NCBI GenBank assembly: GCA_965644315.1 | Contig: CBFFRQ010000056.1 | Location: 1 to 64,000, forward strand | DNA length: 64,000 nucleotides | Source: Caecitellus pseudoparvulus | Taxonomy: Eukaryota > Protista > Bigyra: Bicosoecida | Reading direction: 5' to 3' | Made by a program: the position numbers and the translations under genes | Part shown: positions 45,578-56,500 of the stretch, in pieces | How the letters are laid out: each line of letters starts with the position of its first letter | Numbering within the stretch: the stretch's first letter is position 1 | The notes under the pieces: generated by a model | The model's input: only the letters and a program-made list of their open reading frames with translations | Told to the model about the DNA's origin: nothing | Databases searched by the model: none

Positions 45578-47003
45578 CTATTGGCGCAGCTTGGTGGTCA
45601 CTTCGTGAATGCACTCTGCTAGGTACTTGACGTTGCCAGACGTCACACCCGCCATGCTGATGCGGCCGTTGCTGGTGAGGTAGATGTGGTGCTCGGCCTT
45701 CAGCCGCTGCACCTCCTCAGGGGTCATGCCGGAGTAGCAGAACATGCCGATTTGGCTGGTGATGTGGTCCCAGTTCATCGTGCTGCCCGCCTCGTGCAGG
45801 GCGTCCTTCAGAGCGGTACGCATGCCCTGGATGCGAGCCGCCATGGCCGCGCAGTCGCCCCGCCACTCTGCTTCCAGTGCTGGGTTGTCCAGCACCCGCA
45901 TCACCAGGCGCGCGCCGTGCAAGGGGGGGTTGCTGTACATCGCCCGCGCAATGGCCTTCAGCTGGGACGTCAACCGCTCTGCCTCCTCTGCATCCTCCGC
46001 CGCCACAGACACGGCGCCGACGCGCTGGCCGTACAGGCCGAAGTTCTTTGAAAAGGACTGGCACAGGATGATGGGGTGACCCTGCTCCGCGAACAGGCGC
46101 ATGGAGTACGCGTCGGCCTCCGCGTCGCCCGAGGCGAAGCCCTGGTACGCCGAGTCGAAGAGGGGGATGTGCCCCTTCGCCTTCACCACCTCCGACAGCT
46201 CCTGCCACTGCTCCCTGGACGGGTCCACCCCGGTCGGGTTGTGGGCGCAGGCGTGCAGCAGGACCACGCTGCCGTCAGGGGCCTCCTTAATGTCCCGCAC
46301 CATGCCGGCGAAGTCCAGGGAAATGGTGGCAGGGTCGTAGTAGGCGTACTGGGCGGTCTCCACGCGGCTCTGCGCGAAGATCTTGAGGTGGTTGCCCCAC
46401 GTCGGCGTGGGCAGCAGCACCTTGGCGCCGGGCCGGTACATGTTCAGCAGCTCCCCGGCAATGCGCAGGGAGCCCGTGCCTGACAGTGCTTGCACACCAG
46501 CCATGGTGCGGTGCCCTTCCCCCAGGGCGAACTTGATGGCTTGCTCAGTGAAGCCCGGCACACCTGAGGGGGGAGTGGGGGGTTCTGGGCTCGTGAAGTT
46601 CTGAGTGCAGGCCAGGACACCGCACGGCAGCGGGGTGGCACCACCTCCACGCACCGGATATGGGGGCATATTCGTGGTTGAGGTGCTCAGCCATGAGGGC
46701 CTCCTCCGCCTTCCTGACAGATGGCAGCACCCAGGGCTGCGAGTAACGGCGCGGTCACGGTATAGTTGATCGGCGTGTTGGGGCGTGCTGCCTGTGAGCA
46801 TCACGCACCTTGCCTGCATCATCACGGTAGGCACCGACGCTGAGGTTCAGTGCCCTGCTATCGGTGTCCTTCTTAAAGGCCTCCTTCACCCCCAAGATGG
46901 GATCAGGCGGCGCCAGCGGCACAGAGGCCCAGGTGGAGCAGGCTCGGGATGCGGAACTTGCCGAGGCGCGTACCACGCCCTTGGCAACGGCAACGGCCGC
47001 CAT
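45578..47003 (-). CDS. GOT2: Aspartate aminotransferase, mitochondrial-type, 3 exons
   Basis: Introns 46808..46737 and 46654..46564. Presequence-like N-terminus, [51 protein letters not shown]. Confidence 0.95.
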
Positions 47004-47150
47004 GGTGGTTGAGGATTCAGCGCTAGCTCTAGAGACCACAACAACAGTAGGGCGCTGGGTGGTGCTACATGAGGGATGTGTTTCAAGCTGCATTCTTGTT
47101 GGCTGTTTCTCCATGCTGTGGGGGGGACATCAAACGAGCTAGCTGGCCAC

Positions 47151-49487
47151 TTACATGGCAGGGCCGGAAGCGGAGCGCAGCGCTTCCATCGCGCCTTGGA
47201 CGTTGGTGCGCAGCTCCTCGGGAGACTCAATCATGTTCAGAATCTCAGAGGTGTCTCCAGCCGCGCTCTCGATGAGCATGCCAGTGATCTTGCGGGCAGT
47301 GACCTGCTCAGGCTGCAGCTCCAGCACGCGCTTGAACAGCGCGCCACCAGCGAGCTGCAGGCGCTCCTCGGGAGCGGCCTTGGTCAGCTGGTCCGCGATG
47401 GACAGCTGCTCCGTGGGCTGAGGCTGGGGCATGGCGCCGCCAGGCTGGCCCTGGCCGTAGCCAACCTGCTGGCCGGGCACCATGCCGTGGGCCTGGGCAG
47501 CCTGCTGCGCCTGCGCCACCTGCATCTGGTACATCTGCATCTGCTGCATCATGGCGTACTGCATCATCTGCAACTGCTGGGGGTTCATCTGGCCGCCGCT
47601 CTGGCCCATGGTGGCATGCATCCACTGCTGCATCTGCTGCATCATGGCGGGGTTCATCATGAAGGGCGGCTGCATGCGGCCGCGAGGGCCAGCGCGGCCC
47701 ATGTTGGCCATGTACGCGTTCTGGGCCCCTGCTGCGCCAGCCTGGCCACGCTGACGCTTGGCGTCAGACTCGGCCTTGCGCTGCTCACGGGGCAGCCACG
47801 CAGTGACGGTGATGGGCTTGCCTGCCAGCATGAAGCCGTTCATGGAGGTCTCGGCCTGGGACGCGTCTGCCTGGTTGACGAAGCAGACGAAGCCGAAGAG
47901 CTTGCTGCGCTCGCCGTCGCGGGGGATGCGCACAGACTCGATGGCGCCGTGGGTGGCGAAGGCCTCCTGCAGCATCTGCTCGGTCACGCTCTCGTCCAGG
48001 TTGCGCACGAACAGGTTGCGGTGCAGCAGGTGTGCGTTGCGCTGCTTGCGCTGCTCGGCACGCTGGGTCTCCAGCTGGCGGATGCGGTCCTCCTTCTTCT
48101 GAGCACGGGCGACGTACAGGGGCTTCTCCACGGTCACCTCCTCGGACACCTCCTCGCCGTCCTTCATGGTCTTCACGACCTTGGTCAGACGCATGGTCTT
48201 GCCGTTCATCTGCTCGGTGGCCTTCAAGGCGGCCTCGTGAGAGTCGAAGCAGACAAAGGCGGTGCCCTTAGTCTTGCCCTCGGCGTCCTTAGCCATGAAC
48301 ATGGAGCTGATGGGGCCGAACACGCCGAACTCCTCCTGCAGCTTGGCCTCGTCCCAGGTCAGGGGGAAGTCCTTCACGAAGACGTTGTTCCACTCGGCGG
48401 TCTTCTGGCGCTGGTCGCGGGGGACGTACTTGCGCACGGACACCTGGTAGCCGTCCAGCTTCTTGCCGTTCACAGAGGAGATGGCTGCCTGCGCCTCCTC
48501 CTCGCTGGTGAAGGCGACGAAGCCGTACCCCTTGGGGCGCCCGTCAGGGTGCATGGCCACCTTGCAGGAGGTCACGTTGCCGAACTTGGAGAAGGTGTCG
48601 TGCAGCACCTGCACGTCGATCTCCGGGTTCAGGTTCTTGATGAAGATGTTGGCCTTGCCGGAGCGGCGGGAGGAGGCGTCGCGCTCGGACCACATGACGC
48701 GGCAGGGGCGCCCCATGATCTGGGTGTAGTTCATCGTGTTCAGCACGCGGTCGGCGTCGGCGTGGGAGTGGAAGTTCACGTACGCGTACCCCAGGCTCTC
48801 GTGGGTGATGTGGTGGCGGCACACTCGGATGGAGGCCACGGGTGCCACAGGGTTGAACACCTCGTACAGCGTCTGCCAGGTGACGGACTTCTCCAGATCA
48901 CCCACCCACAGAGAGGCAGACACGTGAGACGCGCCGGGGACAGCACGAGCGCTTGCTGCACCCTCGCCAGAGCCAGCGGCTGCCACAGTCAGCTGCAGCT
49001 CCTTGCCGTCAGTGATGCCCAGGGATGCCAGAGTGCTCCTGTGCGGGTCAGGCAAAGGCAAGTGCAGTGCCCACAACCGTAAACGCTCGAGCTGCCCGTC
49101 CGCCCTTCAGCAGGGGGGTGCAGGGGACACCCGAAGCACTCACGCGTTCTCCACCACCTTGGAGTTGAAGAAGAGGGTCTGGAGAGCCGCATCGATCTGC
49201 TGGCTTGCCTGAGCGGGGAGGAACGCGGCGGCGGAATATGTGCAGAGGAAAAGCAGGCAGCTGACACAGTCCACGCCATGCTGAGCGCGCCAGCGACCGA
49301 CACGCACCTGGATCTTCTCCTTCAGTGCCTGCACAGTGTCGGTGGGGGACACATCGTAGGACAGGGACTGGCCCGAGCTCGTCTGCGTGGAGGCAAGGCG
49401 ACGTGGTGCAGTGCAGTGGCGTTGCGGGAACAGAGCCGGCGCAAGGTGTGCGCCACGAGCTGTGCGCACCTTGACGATGACAGGCAT
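47151..49487 (-). CDS. Poly(A)-binding protein (4 RRM + MLLE) with N-terminal ubiquitin-like domain, ~681 aa
   Basis: Exons 49487-49470, 49382-49308, 49208-49144, 49038-47151. 'SLWVGDL', 'SLGYAYVNF', 'GRPCRVMWSERD', 'KPLYVARAQKKEDR' and 'ARKITGMLIE'. Confidence 0.88.
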
Positions 49488-49758
49488 GGTTGATGTTCTT
49501 GTATTGGTTTTCTGTGGCGTTGGGGGGCAACTTGCAGTGCAGGGCAGCCTGCCGTGCCGTGCAATCGCGCCAGCGCGTTTGCGAGGCTGCGGCGGGCGTG
49601 CAGCGTGGAAACGCAGACCACACGAGGCGCCCCAGCGGGCGCAGCGAGGGCAGAACGCACTTCTCTATGTTGTGATGCACAGGCACAAGGCACCAATGCG
49701 AAGGGGGCGCGCAAAAGAAGGGCTGGCTTGAAAAAGTGCGCCCGCCGCTGCATTGCGC

Positions 49759-51308
49759 TCACTGCTGCCCGGCCTCTCCGCCGCTGGCCAAGCTGGCCTG
49801 CACGGCATCCGCAGCGGCGTCTGCCGCGTCTCCCGCCGAGCCGTCCCACAACTTCACCACAGACGCTGCCGGCCCTTCAAGTGAGACGTCCCCATCATGG
49901 TCCACGTCCCCCGGCCCGTCGTACAGCTCCCCTGCATGCTGCACTGCGTCCGCTGCACCCACTACGTCCCGCACATCTGCGTCGGTGCCTTCCCCAGAGG
50001 AAGTCGCAGCAGCAGACCCCCCCTGACTCCCCGCCCCAGCCGTCAGTGCCGGGGGCACATGCTGGAACTGCACAGAGGGCGCTGCCGGCAGGCCTCGCAG
50101 CTGCTCCATGATGGAGGCCATGTGTGCCTGCAGGTATGCCGGCGTGTTGGCGTTGTCCAGGTCCTCCAGCGTGCCCAGGCGCAGGTTGTAGCTGGGCCGG
50201 AAGAACTCGTGGTACTCGGTCTTGGGCAGTGCGTCCTGCATGGTCACGCCCAGCAGCACACCAGTCTCGTGGGCCCAGCACCGTGCCACATTGCGCGGGG
50301 TGTACCCGCCGCCACCCAGCACCAGCGTGGGCAGGCCGAAGCTCTGCACGTACTTGATGCACTCGGCATGCCCGCCTAGCGTCAGGTTGAAGCAGCCCAG
50401 TCGGTCCCCTGCCAGGCTGTCGGCGCCACAGCACATGACGACGGCCTCCGGGCGGAAACTCTGCATGATCTGGGCGATGACGGGCTTGTACACGCCATGG
50501 TACGCTTCGTCAGTGATGCCCTCCAGGAGCGGGAAGTTGACTGAGTAGCCCTTCCCGGGGCCGTGTCCCACCTCCCCCACGTCCCCCGTGCCGGGGAAGA
50601 AGTTGCCGTACTTGTGGAAGGAGCACGTCATGACGCGGTCGGTGGTGTAGAACGCCTCCTCCACGCCGTCGCCGTGGTGGATGTCGATGTCGATGTACAG
50701 CACTCGCTGGTGGTGCTTCAACAACTCCAGAATGGCCAGGACGATGTCGTTCACGAAGCAGAAGCCTGACGCCTCTGTCTTCTTGGCGTGGTGCATGCCA
50801 CCGCTCCAATTGATGGCAACGTCGGCGTCCCCGGCGTTCAGCCGCACTGCGCCGTCGATGCTGCCACCCGCCAGCATTTGGCAGTACCCCCACACGCCTT
50901 CGAAAGGTGGGCAGTCCGTGAAGCACTCCACCTGGAACGCTGCACATTGCTCGGCATACTCCGCTGCGTTGGTGGGGGTAACGCGGGACAAGAACTCTGT
51001 GTAGTCTGCCGAGTGAAAGGCGGAGATCTCCTCCACAGATGCCAGGTGGTTGCGGTACACGTTCAAGGACTTGTACATGCCGTACCCCACGATGAGGTGG
51101 TGAGTCAGCTTCAACCGAACAGGCTTCATGGGGTGCCCTGCAAGACGGCCAGCAGGGAAGCATGCGCTGTGCTACGACGGCCCTGCACTCTACTGCTGCA
51201 GGCCTCACCTGCTCCGAAGTAGTAGTTGCATATCTCGGGCTCGTAAAAGTAGGCGATGCGCTGCTTCCCTGCCTTCACGGGCGCGCTCTCCTCAGAAGTC
51301 GCCGCCAT
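49759..51308 (-). CDS. Class I histone deacetylase (HDAC3/HDA9-like)
   Basis: Intron 51208..51138 gives 'YYFGAGHPMKP'. Catalytic motifs intact: GGMHHAKK, IDIDIHHGDG, GADSL, GGGGY. 'ELYDGPGDVD' tail resembles HDAC3. Confidence 0.93.
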
Positions 51309-51735
51309 GACGACACCTCCACGCTCTGCGCCTCAAAATCCGCAGCGCCCCTTCCGCCAAGACGCCCACCTGCTGCAGCTTGCGACACCACCAACAGGGG
51401 ATTCTGCACGAGTTAATTGGAAGAAGCGGGTGAATGGTCGAGCACGCACCCAACCGGTTTGTGGGGTGTAGAATTTCTTTGGGCTCTCACACTGCGCTCC
51501 AGCCAAAGAGGACGCCAAGCGCGCTCAGCTGCCGGCCGCCCCTTACCCTCAGTCGGTGAAGGGCACATGCATCGAGCGCAGCAAATCACTGCATGCCGAA
51601 CCAACATGTCGGACTGCGATAGTGCCAGCCCACCTGGCGTTCAGCCCCCGCTCCACCCTCGGCAGACTCACAGCCAGCTCTTGGCAGCGCCGGCAGCCCC
51701 AAGCGCTGCGGCAGGCGCCGCCGCTCCCGGCCACC

Positions 51736-53407
51736 ATGTCCCTCCCCTTCCTCTTGGAATCCAATGGAGACGTCACCTTCGTACTTGGCGCCGTGTTCTT
51801 GGTTGCCATGGCCTTCTCCCTGCGCAAGCTGATGAAACTCATCCGTGCGTGCGAGCCAGTTTCCGCACACTTCTCCTGCAGACGCTGCAGAGCACAGCGG
51901 CCGCTCCAGCGCACCGCACGCCGCATGAGTAGTGTCACTCGATGCACCACCCACATACACACGTCCAGCGTGCCTTGGCCGTCGCCCCAGCTGCTGCAGC
52001 AACGCTGGCCCGCCACGCAACGCACGCAGCTCCCGCCTTTGCTCTGCCTGCACAGCTCATGGGAGCAGCCTGTGTGGGGCGTGGAACATCAAGATGATCC
52101 TGTGTGCCTCCATTGCCTTCAGTTGCTTTGTCCGCGCGCTGTCCTTTGCCACGCTGTCGGCGCTGTCCCTGGAGAACGTCGACATTGACCAATCGGCCCC
52201 CGAGTTCGACTACACAGGGCAGTCCCTGCTGTCTGAGAGCCAGCGGAAGAACGTGAAGTTCTACAACAACGCCATCAGCGCCCTGTTCGTGACGGGGGAC
52301 TTCACCTTCCTCTCCGTGTACATGCTGCTGGTGGTGGTGACCATTGAAACGCTGCAGATCACGCGGCGGCACCTGTACAGCAACGCCTCCATCCGCCGGC
52401 GGTGGATGGTCACCTTCCTGGCCCTGAACTCCATGCTGTACATGATGCAGATCTGCCTCTTCCTGTCCCTCTTCCTGTCCTCCGGCACGGGCCGTGAAAT
52501 CCTCAAGGGCATCAACATCGTCGTGGCACTCGTGAACTTCCTCGTCCCCGTCGCCCTCATCCTGGCGTACTGGGTCCTCACCACCTGCGTCTTCTCGGGG
52601 TTCCCCTACGTCTCCGCGAAAGCCCAGAAGCGCTGGCAGAGCCTGTGGTTCCTGGTCACCGCCTGGTCCGTCACGCGCGTCGTGTGGGGCGGCCTTGCCA
52701 TCTTCTCCTTCAACGCGGGGTGGAGCGACCTGTTCTTTGTGAAGAACGACTGGGCCTTCGCCATCATCGTCGCCAGCATGTTCATCCTCCTGGAGCTCCT
52801 GCCCATCGCCGGCGTCCTGGGCGTGGACCTGAACGACCTCCTGTACCACTCAGACCCAGTCACCGTGGAGGACGCTGTGGCCAGCAGCAAGTCAGTGGCC
52901 CTCATGCCGCCCCACGGGTCTGCCCTGCCGAGTCACGCGTATGCCTTCACCCCCCATGCCCTGGCAGCTGCAGCAGCCTCTGGCGTCGTACCGCGCGTGG
53001 ACCACCTGGCAGAGCTGGAGAGCGGCGGCGGCGGGGGTACAGGGATAGGTGACGGTAGTGTCGGTGGCGGGTACGGCGGTGGCGACCCTACCCGAGATGC
53101 CTCCATGTCCACAGCAGATGACAAGACGACGCCCTCACGCAGTGTGGGAGGGGGTACGCCGTCCGGCCGGCCCCTGCGCCCCTACTCCAACACTGGCACT
53201 GGCCACGACTTGATGGTGGGAGCGGGCGCCTCGCCGTACGAGCCGCCCGCAGTGCGTGGACACCCTGACCCCCTGGGCGAGGTGCAGCTGCGGGTGAGCT
53301 TCGACTCCGATGAAGAGGAGGCGTTCGACACGGCCCTGGCTGCCACGCCAGGCGGCCCTGCCTACGATGTGGGCACTGGCGGCATTGTCATGCGGCCGGA
53401 GGACTGA
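51736..53407 (+). CDS. THH1/TOM1/TOM3 (GPR137-like) seven-TM protein
   Basis: TM1 in exon 1, intron 51845..52055, then six more TMs; 'GDFTFLSVYMLL', 'FSGFPY', 'WSVTRVVWG', 'FILLELLP'. Confidence 0.72.
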
Positions 53408-53574
53408 GACTGCAATGTACGCTGCGACGCGGCCAGGCAGGCAGTGGCGAGGCGCCGCCAAAACGACGCCTGGCCACGCCCCGATGCGTCCGACGTGCAT
53501 ACCCTGGCCCTGTGCGAGCCAAGCCCCGAGCCTCAGGGGTGCGCCTGGCCTGCCTGCTGCCGCCGCCCAGCACC

Positions 53575-56500
53575 ATGGCTGCGGCGCCGTACGGTAATGT
53601 GGAGCACCAGCGGTGGTTTCGCCACAGCCTGTCGGGTACGGTGTTCAGCTACTACAGCGAGCAGGAAATCAAGAAGTTGTCTGTGAAGCGCATTACTAAC
53701 CCCACCGCCTTCAACAGCCTGGGCACAGCCCTGCGAGGGTGAGTGGTGCGGAACATGAACCTGTGTCTGGCTTGCTCGTGTTCTTCCGGATGCCCTGGAA
53801 AGCGAGCTGTGGAATCCTCTGCGGCTGGGAAACCGATATTCGTGTGAAGCATAGCATGCCCTTCCTTGTGGCTGCTTGCATTTGTGTGCTGGATCTCCGG
53901 CAAGGCGCCCAGCCGCACCTTTGCACGGCCCTCCGCGCGCCCCAATTTCCGCAGTGGCCTGTACGACGCAGCCCTTGGCCCCACTGACTACGACAGCATC
54001 TGCCCCACATGTGGGCTGGGTTTCAACGAGTGCCCAGGGCACTGTGGGCACATCGAGCTGCCCGTGCCAGTGTACAACCCCATCCTGTTCCCGCACATGT
54101 ACAAGCTGCTGCGCATGAAGTGCATGGCCTGCCACCACTTCCGTCTGGGCGCCCACCGCACCCGTGTCTTCAGGGTGAAGCTGCTCCTGTGTGACGTCGG
54201 CAACGTCGTCCGAGCACTGTCCCTGGACGATGAGCTCCTGGCCGCCGCCTCGGACGGCGCAGGGGGGTCTGAGGGCGCCGAGCGCCTCCTCGGCGACATC
54301 GAGGCGGACTGCCTGGCCCGCCTGGGGCAGCACGCCGCCGTCACCTCCCGTCGGGCGCGTGTCTCGGCAGGCGCTGTCGTCGCGGAGGGCGGCGACGAGA
54401 CCCTGGACCAGGAGGTGTACGTGCCGCTGCCCGCCGCCCGTGCGTCCCACGTGCGCGAGGCACGCCTGGACCTCATCGCCGCCTTCCTGAAAGCCATGCC
54501 TGCGACGTGTGCGCACTGCGGCGCCAGTGCCCTGGGCATGCGCAAGGACGGCGTGCACAAGATCTGGCTCAAGACGCCCCCCAAGCGCATCGCCGCTGCC
54601 CACGCCGCCAAGGGCATCCGCATCCTCTCCGCCCTCTCCCGCATGCGCAACATCGCAGCGCAGGCAGATGCGGCGGGGGCAGCGGAGGCCGCCTCGGCAG
54701 CGCGCAAGGCGGCCGCAGCTGTCGTGTCTGACGCTGACGGCGACGTGAGTCTGGCCGACATCAAGGCCGCCTACGCCGACCCCGTGCTGGAGGAGGAGGA
54801 GGACCTCTTTGGCGCTGTCGTGGTGCCTGCGGCGCCTGGCAGTGTCGCGTCGGGCAGCACTGCCCAGGCGGCCTCAGCCACCGCCTTGGACGAAGACGGC
54901 AGCCAGGTGCCCGACGCGGAGGACGAGGAGGAAGAGGATGACGAGGTGGACGAGTTGCTGGGGGGCGGCGGCGGTGCAGGGCAGAGCAAGGCCCGTCCCC
55001 GTGCCGCCAGCGCCAGCTCTGCGTCCAGTGCCACCGTGGCCACCGTGGCACCCTCGGAGCGGTACCTGCATCCTGCCGAGGTGGAGGCGCAGATCCAGCT
55101 GCTGTGGATGCACGAGGGCCCCATTTGCAGGCTCATCTGGGCGCCCAACACGACGCCGCGCGTGCTGCGGGCGCCGGCTGGTTGGAGGGTCTTCTTCACT
55201 CGCACGGTGCTGGTGACGCCCAACCGCTTCCGGCCCCCCACCAGCCTGGGCGACCTGACCTTCGAGCACCCTCACAACGCCCACCTCACAACCGTCCTGA
55301 ACTCCAGCCTGGCCCTGCAGGGGCGCAAGATGGGCGACATCACCTCCGCGGCAGGGCAGCCCACCGCCACCCTGCCTGGCCTGGGCAACGTGTACAACAT
55401 CTGGGGGCAGCTGCAGGACGGCGTGTGCGGGCTGCTGGACCAGGCCAAGGCTGCCAGCGTGGAGACGGCGCGCAACCCCGGCATCCGGCAGCTGCTGGAG
55501 CGCAAGGAGGGTCTCTTCCGCAAGAACATGATGGGCAAGCGCGTCAACTTCGCCGCGCGGTCCGTCATCTCCCCCGACCCGTACATCCGGCCGGACCAGG
55601 TGGGCGTGCCCGTCGTCTTTGCCAAGACACTGACGTACCCCACCCCCGTCACGCCATGGAACGTGGATGCCCTGCGCCAGGCAGTCATCAACGGACCCGG
55701 CACTCACCCCGGCGCCAACTTCGTGGAGGACGAGGCCGGCAACATGATCGACCTGGCGCGTCGCTCCAAGGAGCAGCGGGAGGTCATCGCCCGCACCCTC
55801 CTCACACCCACTGCAGGCGGCCCCCTCTCGCACTTCGCTCTTGCACAGCAGAGCGGCGCGGCAGGCGCTGGCTTCACAGCCGCCGCGGCAGCTGGCTCCA
55901 GCGGCGATGCGCAACGAGCACACCTGACTGCCAGTGCCTGGGCGCAGAACCCAGGCGACACGGACATGGAGGAGAGCGCGTGGGACGGCGCAGACTCCGC
56001 CGCCTCCGCCAACGGCGACGCAGCCACCACGCCCAGCGCCGTGTCCGTGGCTGGAGCGGGCGGCTCCTCATCCCTGTCCACCTCCTTCGGCTGGCGCGGC
56101 GTCGGCAAGCGCGTCTGGCGGCACCTGCAAGACGGCGACGTCGTGCTCATGAACCGCCAGCCCACGCTGCACAAGCCCTCCATCATGGCCCACGTCGTGC
56201 GGGTGCTGCGCACGCCCACCCACCGCACCATCCGCATGCACTACGCCAACTGCAAGACGTACAACGCAGACTTTGACGGGGACGAGATGAACATGCACTT
56301 CCCCCAGTCCGAGCTGGCCCGCGCTGAGGCATACACCATCGCGGGTACCTCCCAGCAGTACGTCGTGCCGACGACGGGGAAGCCCATCCGGGGCCTCATC
56401 CAGGACCACGTTGGAGTGGGTGTCCTGCTCACCAAGACGGACACCTTCCTCACGCGGGACCAGTACCAGCAGTTCGTGTACGCCGGTGCCCTGGGCCTGC

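Noticed and set aside
47076-49082. 668-aa plus-strand ORF, and similar long shadow ORFs opposite RPA1, HERP, SART3, the F-box-like gene and the giant gene
   Set aside because: Antisense or off-frame shadows expected from high GC and codon bias; no recognisable domains.
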